Source of the DNA: Octopus vulgaris
Taxonomy: Eukaryota
Length of the DNA: 64,000 nucleotides
Reading direction: 5' to 3'
Assembly (NCBI GenBank): GCA_951406725.2
Contig: OX597815.1
Span: forward strand, 76,446,001 to 76,510,000
Part shown: in pieces, positions 36,724-49,245 of the stretch
Layout: every line of letters begins with the position of its first letter
Position numbering within the stretch: position 1 is the first letter of the stretch
Notes under the pieces: generated by a model
Told to the model about the DNA's origin: nothing
Seen by the model: only the letters and a program-made list of their open reading frames with translations
Databases searched by the model: none
Program-made: the position numbers and the translations under genes

Positions 36724-37324
36724 TACTCATATTTTGAGTTCTATTTTTTCCTGTTTGCATCACCATTCCTCTCTCTCTCTATATATAGACACATATTTAC
36801 TAGCATACCCATGTCATAAAAAAATGCCAACAATTTTATTCATGATAGAAAATGGCACATCAGTACAATGGGAGAAACCATTGATAAATGTTAGCAATTG
36901 AGTAAATATCTGTACATCACAGAATTGAAGCACTTGAACAATCAGATACAGTAGTAATGTCTTGGTTAGAAATATCATTGATGGTGTAAAATATATATAT
37001 ATATATCTATGAAATATATGCTTTTCCATGCTCCCGTAGATCAGACAGATTTTGTATAGCTGGATGTCATTCCTGTCACCAACCATAACTTGTTTCCAAA
37101 TAAGGTAATATTTCACCATGCCCAGACATGATTATGTAGAAGATTGGAAACAAAGAACACCTATTGCATGACAATGACACTACTCACTTGAAACTGGTGC
37201 ATGATGTCAACCTACCAACCTATATATATATATGCATATATATATATATATATATATATACATACACGTACATACATGGTGCAAAGTTCCCTCTCGACAC
37301 ACACACATATATACATACATACAT

Positions 37325-37625
37325 GGTACAAAGTCCCCTCTCGACCCCAAATAACATGGTGGTGGAACAATATTGTTGACAGGGCTATTAGAGAAAAGAA
37401 ACAGGCTTGGAAGACCTGGAAGAACGGTGGTAGCAGGGAATTGTATCAAACTGCCAGAAGGGAAGCTAGGAGACAGGTTTATTTAGCTAGAGGGGAAGCA
37501 AATAAGAAAAAATCTGCCAACTTTCTGCACTGTGAAGACCAAAGTCTTGAGGTATTTCATGTTGCAAGATAGTGTGTGAGAGAGAATCATGATGTCATAG
37601 GAGAAAAATGTATCCGCATGGATAT
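37325..37625 (+). mobile_element. RTE-clade LINE ORF fragment
   Basis: RPQITWWWNNIVDRAIREKKQAWKTWK...LYQTARREARRQVYLAR, the typical linker between endonuclease and RT in RTE elements. Confidence 0.8.
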
Positions 37626-39982
37626 ATGTGTGTGCGTGAACTTCTACCATCACTTAGTCTATTTTGCTTTCAAACTTTTGGTTATTTATTTGGAAATGAC
37701 AAAAATTTGCAGTTTATTTTTATCAAAATACCTCCTGCCCCAGCAGCTGATATGCCACTCCCTCCCTCCCTCAGCTAGTTGAGTGATACTTTATTTAATG
37801 AACCTTGAAAGAATGAAGAAAAGTTGGGTGCAGCGGGATTCGAACTCGTATGTAATACATATAATGAAAGCCTTGCGTTTGGCTTTTTGAAAATTTGAAA
37901 TACTGTTGTTTCAATTTATTAAGGATGAAAATGTAATTAAAACAGCAAAGAAAATATATCTCTATTTACACAAATTAGATGCAAACGAAATTTATTTATA
38001 TTAAAAAAGTAAAAATACAGCTGTAAATCCTGTGACTTTAACCAGTTTCTGATTTCAAAGAAAACGAAAAAAAAAAAAAAATTGGTAAAACTAGTTTTGT
38101 ACCTCGCCTCTGCTCTTTCCAAATTTATTATCTCATACCTTTCTTAAAAATGTATATTTTTAAATGAAACTTTGCAGAAGCATTTTTTTTTTAATGGTGT
38201 GGATTACAATTATGTTGATAAAATTTAATTAAAAACAATTTTGTTTTAATTTTTTACTACCCAATGGAGCAACGGTAAAATGAAGTGTTTTGTTCACGAA
38301 TACAAGGAACCGAGGTTTCGAGGTCCAGGAATCGAAACCTCGATCTTGTGACCGTGAGTGCAACACCCTAACCACTAGTCTACTCAATTTCCATGCAGGC
38401 AGTCACGGACCTGTGAAACTGATACTGTTAATGTTCCACTTGAACAGTCGAAAATCTACAGCTGCAGGAAAAATCTGTAAAGTCAACGTACTGGGAAGGA
38501 AGGAAAGACTGGGCGTAGTTATTAGTACAGGGGCTAGGGTAACAGTAGACACAATGTGGATGACGAAAGGAGGAGAGACGAGCGAGTAGGGAAAGGCTGA
38601 GTGACGGTGATGTAAGAACCGAGCACTAAATTATGTAGAAAGAGAGCTTCCTGTTGCTTATGCTTGTGAACTGCATAATATTTCGGTAATTTTCAAATGA
38701 GTCCGTCGTAGAATTAAGTCATTGCTAGTGACAACAGTATTTTGATATCACGGGACAAACTGTTTAGTTATTAGGACAGTAGTTATGTGTTCCTTCCGTT
38801 GAATCAACTGCAAGTTATGTCCAACGAAAATTTAACCTTAAATTTGTAATGGTACAGTTTAGTTACAAATATAGATTTTGTATGAGTATAAATTCGGAAT
38901 GTAACAAGTTGAAAAGATATTTTTAATATGAACATTCGTTTAATAAAGTTATATATTTTAGATTAACAAAATTATTTAAAAAAATTCTATCTTACAAACA
39001 AACATACACTCAAGTACACACAAATGGACGGGTGCACTCTTACGCAATCAAATTTCACGCACTATAAATCTACAGCTTGGCTCTTTTTGAAACGTGAGTC
39101 CTGTTTGGAGAGACAAGCTACGATCTGTAAACGTGATCCGGCCACCAGTGTCTGAACGAAGTACACCAGCTACAGTAGTCAGGCAGTGCTGGCGCACCAG
39201 AACTCGTGCGAAGGAACGTGACATTTCTCTTCCTTCCTCTCTTTTTACTGATTTCTATTCTTTCTCTCACTCACAAATACAGACTGATATTCAACATATC
39301 AACACATGTTTTTATATACACACAGACACACCAAATTCTCTACTTCCCTCCAAGTTTATTCATCTTCACCTTTGTCCGCCCAACTCACTCTACTCACCAT
39401 CAGTCACCGACCCCAGTAAATGTGTTTTGACCTACTTCATTCCATTATTTATTTTTTCCCCCCTTTCTGAAATTTAATTACTTCGTTATATATTTTGATA
39501 CAGCTTTATACAAACAGACATGACTTACTATCCTCGAAAACTGCTATTAATAATAAAGTACTTCAACACGCTGCATAACACCACCTACACAAGTTAGGCT
39601 AGAACGAGCTAGCAAGGAAGTCACGAAATAGCAAGCTAAATCTTCCTCATATGCTACCGTCTTCAAAGTAGTTAAATATAACCTTATGCTGAATATAACA
39701 TACCAGGGGGAAAACAGAGGGGATGGTCACAGAATGTCACTCGAATGATAAATTCTCCATATGATAAACTGGATATATGGTTCGCGTCTCGTTGTTTAGC
39801 AGGCATACTATGTACCATAGGACTGCTCGACCAAGGTAGGCCCGGGGTTACACAGCAACAACATTAAAGCTAGAATGTTGCCATTAATTTTTTTTGCTTT
39901 CTACTGCAACAGTGTAGATCTAATAAGACTCTCCTCTTTCTTGCAAAGCAAATACAAACTCTCTCTCATATACATATATATA

Positions 39983-40310
39983 GGCGCAGGAATGGCTGTG
40001 TGGGAGAAGCTTGCTTCTCAACCACATGGTTCCGAGTTCAGTCCCACTGCGTGGCACCTTGGGCCAACCAAAGCCTTATGAGTGGATTTGGTACGGAAAC
40101 GTAAAGAAGCCCCGCTGCTTTCTTCCAAGGAATCTAATGCTCTTGGCTTAGTTTTCCCTTGGGGCTGGCCAGATTAGATCAGTCTCGAGTAGAACCAGCG
40201 CAATTGCAAAGATAATTTGGAACTCCACTGAGGAAAGAAAACTCCAAATGACCCGTCCTTGTTTTCTTTGTATCGTCTATCTGGATGTTTTGCGTTCTTG
40301 TTCCATTTTG

Positions 40311-40354
<44 letters not shown>

Positions 40355-40550
40355 ATGTTTGGGTGTCTGTATTTGTTCCCCTACCATCGCTTGACAACCG
40401 ATGTTGGTGGGTTTACGTCCCCGTCATCTAGCGGTACGGCAAAAAGACACCAATAGAATAAGTACAAGGCTTACAAAGAATAAGTCCTGGGGTCCATTTG
40501 TTCGACTAAAGGCATGGCCGCAGTCAAATGACTGAAAAAAGTAAAAGAAT
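39983..40550 (+). mobile_element. Young tRNA-derived SINE with a ~200-bp internal insertion
   Basis: A-box-like tggctgtgtgg and B-box-like gagttcagtccc; CpGs retained; foreign sequence at ~40114-40312. Confidence 0.8.
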
Positions 40551-43239
40551 ATATATATATATTATAGTTGTTAGTGCATTAAAGTCCCTTTTCGTTGTCT
40601 CCTGTCAACCTATATGCTAGGATCGAGAAGTGATTAACTTAAGTAATTAGGTATTTGCTGAAGGATTTCCCAAGCCTATGACTTTTTTGCGGGGTTTCAA
40701 AGGACTGTTTTTTCTTCCGGTTACAAAAGGTAAGATTTGAACTGAAGAAGGCATTTCTTTGTACATACACATGTAAAGAAATTGGTATATCTAGTGGAAT
40801 AGATGGCTTCTGCTAGAACAGGACAACATACTATTGATCGCTTTCTTATTGAACTCTTTAAATGAAAAGCAAAACTTACAAGCTTTTTGAAATATTAAGA
40901 TGTTAAGTAAAGGCATTCAGTAATTCATAGCTTGAAGGTATTAAGCAATCCATAGTTTATTCAAAAGAAAGAGGTAATTATCTTTTTCAAAAGGTTTACA
41001 TCTCTACTTCGCCCTGGCTATGTACTTACACTGAGAGGTAAATCAATAGTAACCTGAGAATCCGTGAGATATGTTGCGTAATCATAGTCATGCTAAAATG
41101 AAACAATGCTAAGAGACAGGTATCGTTCGTTAAATCGTCTCTAGTGTATTAGAATACTGGTGACTTATTTTATTGAGAACGGAAGGATGATATGAAAAAT
41201 CAACTTCGATATAATTCATATGCAGAATCTTGAAATGGCAATAAGTTACAGTCAGACACTGAACATTCTTCTTGTTCTAAATTGAGCATGTGAACTTAGT
41301 TTCAGTCTGTTGTACAAGAGACGAATTCAAATTGCTAACACGTTTTTTTATTACACGAACGAATTCTTGTCGCCTGTATGACCTATTTGCCTCTATTTCT
41401 CTGACATAAAATACATAATGTTTTAATCAAATGTTATCAAGTCAATAATTTCCTTTTGACTTAGTCGCATATCTCGATTTGTCTAGTGTGCTTGACAAAC
41501 GATTGCAAACTGGGAATAGCGGTGGGGGTAGTACATACTATAATAAACAAGAAAAAAGTTTACGGTAAATAGACATGTCCATACAGCTAAGAATGATTAA
41601 AGTATTAAATGAGCACAAATTTTTATATATAATTGGATTAAATGCAGAGAAACTTTATTTCATACTATTTTACTGGGTGTAGTTTTATTTCTTTATTTTA
41701 TTTTTATGATCTTTGTATATTAACCCTTTTCAGTAGCAACAAAAGCTCATTGATATGTGATGTTCTGTAATTCTTACAATTATTTTCGAAATAACCAACG
41801 GAAAAAAAAGAATTGCTAACGATACTTTCATAAATCATAATCATAAAAAAGGGACGACGTGTTGGGCATGTGTATGCATGCGCGAATATAAAGAATACAT
41901 GATGTATATAAAGAATGGCTTCTAATTTATGCACAAGGCCAGCAGTTTTGAGGTGGGGAGATTAGTCGATACCATCGGCCCTAGTACTTGACTGGCACTT
42001 TTATATCAACCCCAAAAGGCAAAGTTGAACTCAGTGGGGTTTGAACTCAGAAGCGCAAAGAGCCGGAAGAAATACTGCAAGGAATTTTGTCTTGCGCTCT
42101 AACGGTTCTGCTAACTCATTTGACTTTGTTTCAGTCCTGAACCTAAAAGGTTTAAAACTAAACAGTAACTTTAAATAATGATTTGTAATATAGGCACAAG
42201 GTCTCAGATTTACGATGATAAAATAATCTATTTAATCGACATGATTTGTATCATATCTTATCGACAGTGGAAAGATGAAAAGCGAACTCAACCTTGGCAG
42301 CATTTCAACTCGGAATACAAAGGAGCCGCAGCATAATACGGCAAACATTATTTTAAGTTTATTTCTTATGAAGTCAGTCGGACCAATCAATTGATGGATT
42401 GGTTCCTCATGAAAATCCATGCTATTGATAATCTTGCTCAGATGAGATAAATATTGATTGGAATTGAAAGAAAGACGAATAGAAATATTTGAAGGACAAT
42501 GAGAAAGAGAAAAAGCAAAAATAGACAGAGGCAGGGAAAGAGTGTATACATATCGTATGAAATGCAATTTTGTAACTGATATCTCTCTAAAAAGCGAATG
42601 TCACTTGTTAGTTCTGTTATGCAATACATACATCCACATATAATATACGCATACGTATATTTGCTTGCTCACATAAATAAAGCTTGTATTAAACGAATCT
42701 AGTGATCAAATGAAACTGACAATTTTCGTTCCAGTATCGTATTTTAGAAGACAGTACTTGAACGAAGATTGTCAAGTATTCACTCCTACAATTGTAATTA
42801 TTAAGACACTATTCATAGTCTCTCTCTCTCATACTCATATGAGATAGCTAAGGAATGGATGTTAGAAAGGCAAAGGAAAGAGACAGTGAAAGAGTAAGAT
42901 AGTTACGTTGATAAATAATTCACCTTACAAACTAAACTTACATGCACAAATTGACTCCTTTTCTCTTTATTACCTAATTACTCTTCTACCAAAAGTTAAA
43001 CTCCAAGATATTCAGTATCACTCTATTAGGCAGTTTCATACTCTTTCACAAACTTTTAAGTTTGTATAATTTATTCCAAGCTCAAGTAAATCCTGTCAAT
43101 TTCGACAAACATTGTGCTAGTCATTAGATAGTTACTATTATTACGTTATAAAATAGTAATTTCTATCGATTACCCCAGACAATCTCAGTCAGACATATGC
43201 AACTCGGAAGGAGTCAGAAATTATTTTTATTGGCTCATA

Positions 43240-43480
43240 AAGCCGGAGCTTAACCCAGTTTCTATGGCGTGTAAATGACTGAAATTATGACAGTTCTCCC
43301 TGGATGGGACGCCGGTCCGTCGCAAAGTTAACTTGTCATCTATTGCTGGAATTCATTTACAGCTGAGTGGACTGGAGCAATGTGAAATGAAGAGTTTTGC
43401 TCAAGAACACAAGCGCACCGCCCGGTCTAGGAACCGAAAGCACAATCTTACGATCGCGAGCGCATCAACCTAACCAACAT
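43240..43480 (-). mobile_element. SINE with Meta-like central domain; relatives at 38260-38380 and 44480-44650
   Basis: ccctggatgggacgccggtcc...gagtggactggagcaatgtgaaatgaag...gctcaagaacac, followed by the reverse complement of a tRNA-like head. Confidence 0.65.
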
Positions 43481-45838
43481 GTCATGCGTTTTCATCAGAA
43501 ATTATCTAGTGCACCAAAAATTCGTAATTTCGTTCGGATGTGCATGTTTAAAGCCATGGAAAAAAAAAGCGAGGAGTGGGGCGGAAAATCCCTTCTTTAC
43601 GTTTTTTTTATAGTTTGTAGATCTTTTTCTATGTTTTTTTTTTGCAGACGTTTGTTTTTAAACAGCTGGGATTATGATTCTTCAAAAATATAATAAGAAA
43701 AGTTTAAAATTTAACATCGCCTTTTTGTTTTTTGGTTCCTTTCTCATTCTCAGTAACTTTTCGTCTTTGGCACTTTTCGAAATTTTTATCAGCTTTACAT
43801 ATCAGAAATTGACATTATGAAAAATAAAAGTAAGTTACGTAGCAGAGTTTCGTTTCAAAAATTTTAAATTACCATCTCTGATATTTATTTTTAAAATTAA
43901 ATTTGAAGAAAAAATTCCGAATAAAATAAAACGAAAAAGTTACAGGAAGGGAGGGAGAGGGGCATAACTGAAAAGAGAAATAAAAATTTTGAGTTTTTTC
44001 TTTGGGTGGGGAAATCATGTCAAATGTTTGGCAATGAGCAGCGCTCCGGACTCTTATATGAACAAACAGATCAGTACACAGCATAATATCAATAAATAAA
44101 TGTGGCTTGCTGCTGTTTCTGCTATTAGGAACTGTGCATAGAGTTGAGTTCCAGTGCTACATCTTATAGCTTCCTCAGAGCCATTTCAATAAACAACTAA
44201 TATGATTAATATCTAGTGGTTAGACCGAAGACCATTCATCACGAAACAAGATATTTAGTACCATCAACTGAATCTGCTAAGTATATTAGTTTCGTTACTC
44301 GAAGAGTAATATGAGGCAAAGCCAGTCTCTGAGACATCCCTAATCAGAAAATAAGATTAATACTGCAGGACGTTCCACTGGTTTAACCATGTTGAATAAA
44401 TTGGTTAATGTTCTCAAAAAGAATCAAAGGTCCTTTCCAACTCATAGGCTGGTTTCCAAGATTATATGACATATATATCCCCCACTGGACAGGATGCTGG
44501 TCCACTGCAGAATTACTTTTGCCAACTGAGTGGAGTGGAGTAACGTGAAATGACGTGTTTTGATAAAGAACACGACGTATTGCCCGGTCCAGCAATTGAA
44601 ACCACTATCTTACGATCATAAGTGCAATACTTTAATCATTATGCCAGGCACCTCCATTCACATGTACACACACACCTTTAGATTCAAAACAATTTTTGTG
44701 CTTTAGAATATTTCTTGAGTAATTAGTGCTCTTAATGTTTTTGACATTGTTGCATTTTATAAATGGTTATTAAAAAATTAAATGACCTACCATGAACGAT
44801 GCATTATCCATTAATTTTAAATCCTCTTCAGATTCGACACATAAAGGCTCCATACACTTTGTAACAGTCAGCGAATACTAAGTATCTGAGACAAAATTCA
44901 AATACTTTCAAAGCCAAAAAGAGCAGAAAAATCCAGTAACAATAACCTGGTTTGGCTTTGTATTATGTTGATTGAAACAGTTAAGAATTTATGCTTTGTT
45001 CTTGTTAGTTTTCACATTCTTTTTTTCTCTTTACCTTGCTTACTCTCTTCCGTTTATAGAACAGACACACACATTACACAAGGAGCAATATCTTTACACA
45101 ATATAACTGGAGAGAGGTTTATACCGGTAATGCAAGTAAACAAAAAGTCATCCCCACGTCTTTCTCTTCCCCAACCATAAAATTCATCGAGATTTTGGCA
45201 GGAGAACAAAAAGAACAGAGAAGAAAAATAAAAATAAGGAGGTGGGGGAAACAGCAACTCAACTCAAAAGTATTGAGAAGATAAATAATTTATAATTCAT
45301 TCATGAAAAAGATTTGAAAACAAAAGCGATAAAATTGGCCAGGCACTTCAGTGACATTCATTTAGGAAGACATTGGCAAAGAGAATAACTTCAAATTTGA
45401 AGCCACGCCTATTTGGTACTGGATAATGCGTGGGACAAGGTCACGTGCAGTGATAGTTTTTATGTATTTATTTATTTTAATAGTTTCTTAATAGTCAAAC
45501 CGAAAACAATGGGTATAGTTGTGCAATATATGTACATACGAAACCAAAAGAAAAGCTAAAAAAATAAAATAAAATGCAACCTGATAATCAAGAAGTTTTT
45601 TTTTTTTAATATATATTTGCTGTTATCGCGTGAAATTCAGGACACTGATAAAACTACTTCCAAAATGAACAACAACAAATAAATATAAAGAAAAGCGAAC
45701 AAACACTTATAACTATGTGTTTTTTTTTTCTTTTTAATCGAGAACAATTATTATGCTTTAATGTGAAATAAGAAAAATAAAAAAAAATCTGTTTATAGAT
45801 TGTAGATAATGTGATATCTAAACACACACATATTGCTT

Positions 45839-45840
<2 letters not shown>

Positions 45841-45899
<59 letters not shown>

Positions 45900-45966
45900 G
45901 TATATATATGTATATATATGTGTATATATAGGTATATATATGTATATATATATATATATATGTGTA

Positions 45967-46005
<39 letters not shown>
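45841..46005. repeat. (TA)n microsatellite
   Basis: Directly visible. Confidence 0.95.
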
Positions 46006-46007
<2 letters not shown>

Positions 46008-46599
46008 CGCTGCCTCGATGCCAGTGCCGCCTTGACTGGCTTCTGTGCCGGTGGCACGTAAAAAGCACCCATTACACTCACGGAGTGGTTGGCATTAGGA
46101 AGGGCATCCAGCTGTAGAAACACTGCCAGATCAGACTGAAGCCTGGTGCAGCCTCCTGGCTTCCCAGACCCTGGTCGAACCGTCCAACCCATGCTAGCAC
46201 AGAAAACGGACGTTAAACGATGATGATGATGATGTATATATATATAAAGTAAGTGTGTATGTCTTTGTGTTTGTTCTTCCACAGTATGGCAACTCATGTT
46301 GGTTTGTTTATGTCTTATCTTAGCAGCCCATGAAAAAGTAACTGATAAGCACCAGACTTAAAATAAATACAGGAGTTGATTTGTTTTGATAGTGTTCCAG
46401 TATGGCTGCATTCCAATGACTTTACACAGTCTACTGAATGTTTTACAATGCACCCAGTATACTCTGCAAAGCAGTTGGCTTTAGGAAGAGCATCCAGCTG
46501 TGGAAGCAACTATAAAGCAGCTGGAGCACGAAATGGTCCATTCACCTGTTGGATCTTGTCAAACTGTCCAGCTCAAGCTAGTATGGAAGACAAACACAC

Positions 46600-46850
46600 A
46601 GGCGTAGCTGTGTGGTAAGAAGTTTGCTTCCCAACTACATGTTTCTGGGTTCAGTCTCACTGCATGGCACCTTGGTCAAGTGTCTTCTACTGTAGCCTCG
46701 GGCTGGCCAAAGCCTTGTGAGTGGCTTTCGTAGATGGAAGCTGAAAGGTCATATATATATATATATATATATATATAGTGTGTGCGTGTCTTTGTGTATG
46801 TGTTTGCTCCCACCACTGCTTGACAACTGGTGTTAGTGTGTTTACATCCT
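46600..46850 (+). mobile_element. tRNA-derived SINE
   Basis: ggcgtagctgtgtggtaagaag...gggttcagtctcactgc...aagccttgtgagtgg. Confidence 0.75.
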
Positions 46851-49027
46851 TGTATGTCTGTATGTATATCATCATCATTTAATGTTTATTTTCTATACTA
46901 GCTTGGTTGGGACAGTTTGACAGGATCCAATGAGCAGGAGGACTGCATTGAACTCCATTGTCCACTTTTGCATGGTTTCCACAGCTGCATACCTTTCCAA
47001 ATGCCAACTTTACGTGTGTCTGTGCACGCGTGCATGTGTGTGTATGCCAGTTCGTTGGTGACTAAAGTAGCATCTCCACTAGGCCAGCTTGGCAGGGACT
47101 CTTGTTAGCACCCCGGAGAAAACAAGACTGGTTTAAAAACTGGTGTATTCAGTATACATAAAATATACTTGAGATGGTGAACAAGCATACTGTAAGACCA
47201 TAAGTGGTGGTGTGGAATGGGGGAGTGTAGACTTGTACTTTCAAACTGTCGTTAAGATAGTTTGTCTAAGAGAGGATCACTTTGAATAAAAATCCTGGTA
47301 GATCAAGGCAATGTAATTTTAGATCTGCAACCATTTGTAAAAATCAATACTTGTTAATGAAGATGGAAATCATAAGAGAAAGTTTGAGTTAAGATAGTGG
47401 AAATGTGTCAGAATTTATAAAATAAAATATAATAAAAAGAGAGGAAAAAACTTGCTTCAATTAATGGACAGCTGCCATGTCAAAATGAAGAATAATTTAC
47501 AAAAGAAATGAGTAAAAGAAAAATTTTATGCCAACTGAAGCATAATTGGAACAGGTGGAAAAGACAAGAGAATATTTATGCACAGATGTACTTCATGGGG
47601 AGAGGAATTGAATTAGTTTTATTTTCATTTATTAGCTGAAGTGTTGATTACTACAGAATGGCCAAAAACTTTTGTTTATATTTTCCTGAGAATATTTACA
47701 ACAGAGACCTGCAACAGCTGAGGATACCTATTTGTTTAATATTGAAGCAGTCAGAGAATACAAATCTTCAAATAAGTGATCAACGGTTCTTTGTGACAGA
47801 TATGAGTGCTTCTGTTGATTGGAAAAAAATGATAAAAAATCTTGGTATTTTAAAGATATCAAAAGCTTGCTTATTCAGTTATTCTTTAATGTAAATGCAT
47901 GGGTGATTACAGTAATTTTTTTCAACTTATTATTTCTCATTACTCAAGGAAATCATATCAACTGAGGATGTCAAATTTAAGCTAATTAATAATTATTATA
48001 ATAATATGGATGAATGTTAATATTCCATGCTTGTTACTACTTTACATTCTGAGTTTAAATTCCACTGGGGTCAGCATTACCTTTCATCATTTCAGAGTTG
48101 ATAAAATAATTACCATTTGAGCACTGGAGTTGATGTAATTGACAAGTCTTCTCTCAAAATTTCAGGTCTTGTACTTATAGTAGAAAAGATTATAACTAGT
48201 CACTCTACATTTTAAAAATCTTCTGGAATAAAAAATAAAACCCTTCCTTGAAAAATACGTAAGTGTTGGCAACAAGAAGAGCATCCAGCCATGAGATTCT
48301 GCTTCAAATAACTTCCTGTCTAATCCATGCCAGCCTTGAAAAATGGACATTAATCATACTAATAAAGAAACTCTTCTGTATGTTTTGAGTTCTATTTCTA
48401 AATGTCTATATAAGATTTTGCATGATTTTAACAGTTAAAAGAACTTTCCCATGATGTAAGTGTTATATCTATATAGTTTAACAGGTAAACTGACACTTAG
48501 AGGTAAATATTAACTCACATGTGGGTTAACTGCTTACAATCTACAAACAGATTGTAACTATGTTCAGAAATCTGATTCAGTCAATGCATTAGAATCATCA
48601 TCATTATTTAAAATCCATGTTCCATGTTGACAATGGTTGGACAAATAAACCTCTCAAACAGATGGAATTCCAGCATGATGAGATCTCAGGGTCACAGTGT
48701 GTGTTTAAGACATTGATGTTCACTGATTTCTGCAATTAACATCAGATGAGCCAAGTGATCTCCTGTCCATATTTTCTTTCTCACTCTAACATGTCCTTTG
48801 TATAAGACTGTCCTCAACAAACTAAATGGTAGAACCTACACTTCCTTAGCCAATATCAAGAGTTAGCTGCGTTTGTAGATACAAAGAAGTAAATATATAT
48901 CCCATTTTTGTACAAGACTGTATTGCTGAATCTCCACAAACTAAATGGTGAAACCTAACCTTCATTAGCCAATGTCAAGAGTTACCTGTTTCAGTGGATC
49001 CTGAGGTCTTAACTTAGATCACTTTAA

Positions 49028-49245
49028 CTCTTTAGCATTTAAACTGGCTACATCAGGCTGCAATAGTCTATCTGTTTTATGTTCAAACCAGCCAGACCTG
49101 GCCTCACTCACCTACACTACAATAACATTCTAAAAATAAAGTCACATAATCAAAATCTCAAAGTTACAAGATAATGCATGATTAGTTCAAAACAATGTGA
49201 ATAGATAAGTATTATATTTGGCAGAGTAATCTGAATGCTAAAGGG
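49028..49245. mobile_element. piggyBac-like MITE
   Basis: TTAA|ctctttagcatt...aatgctaaaggg|TTCA. Confidence 0.75.
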
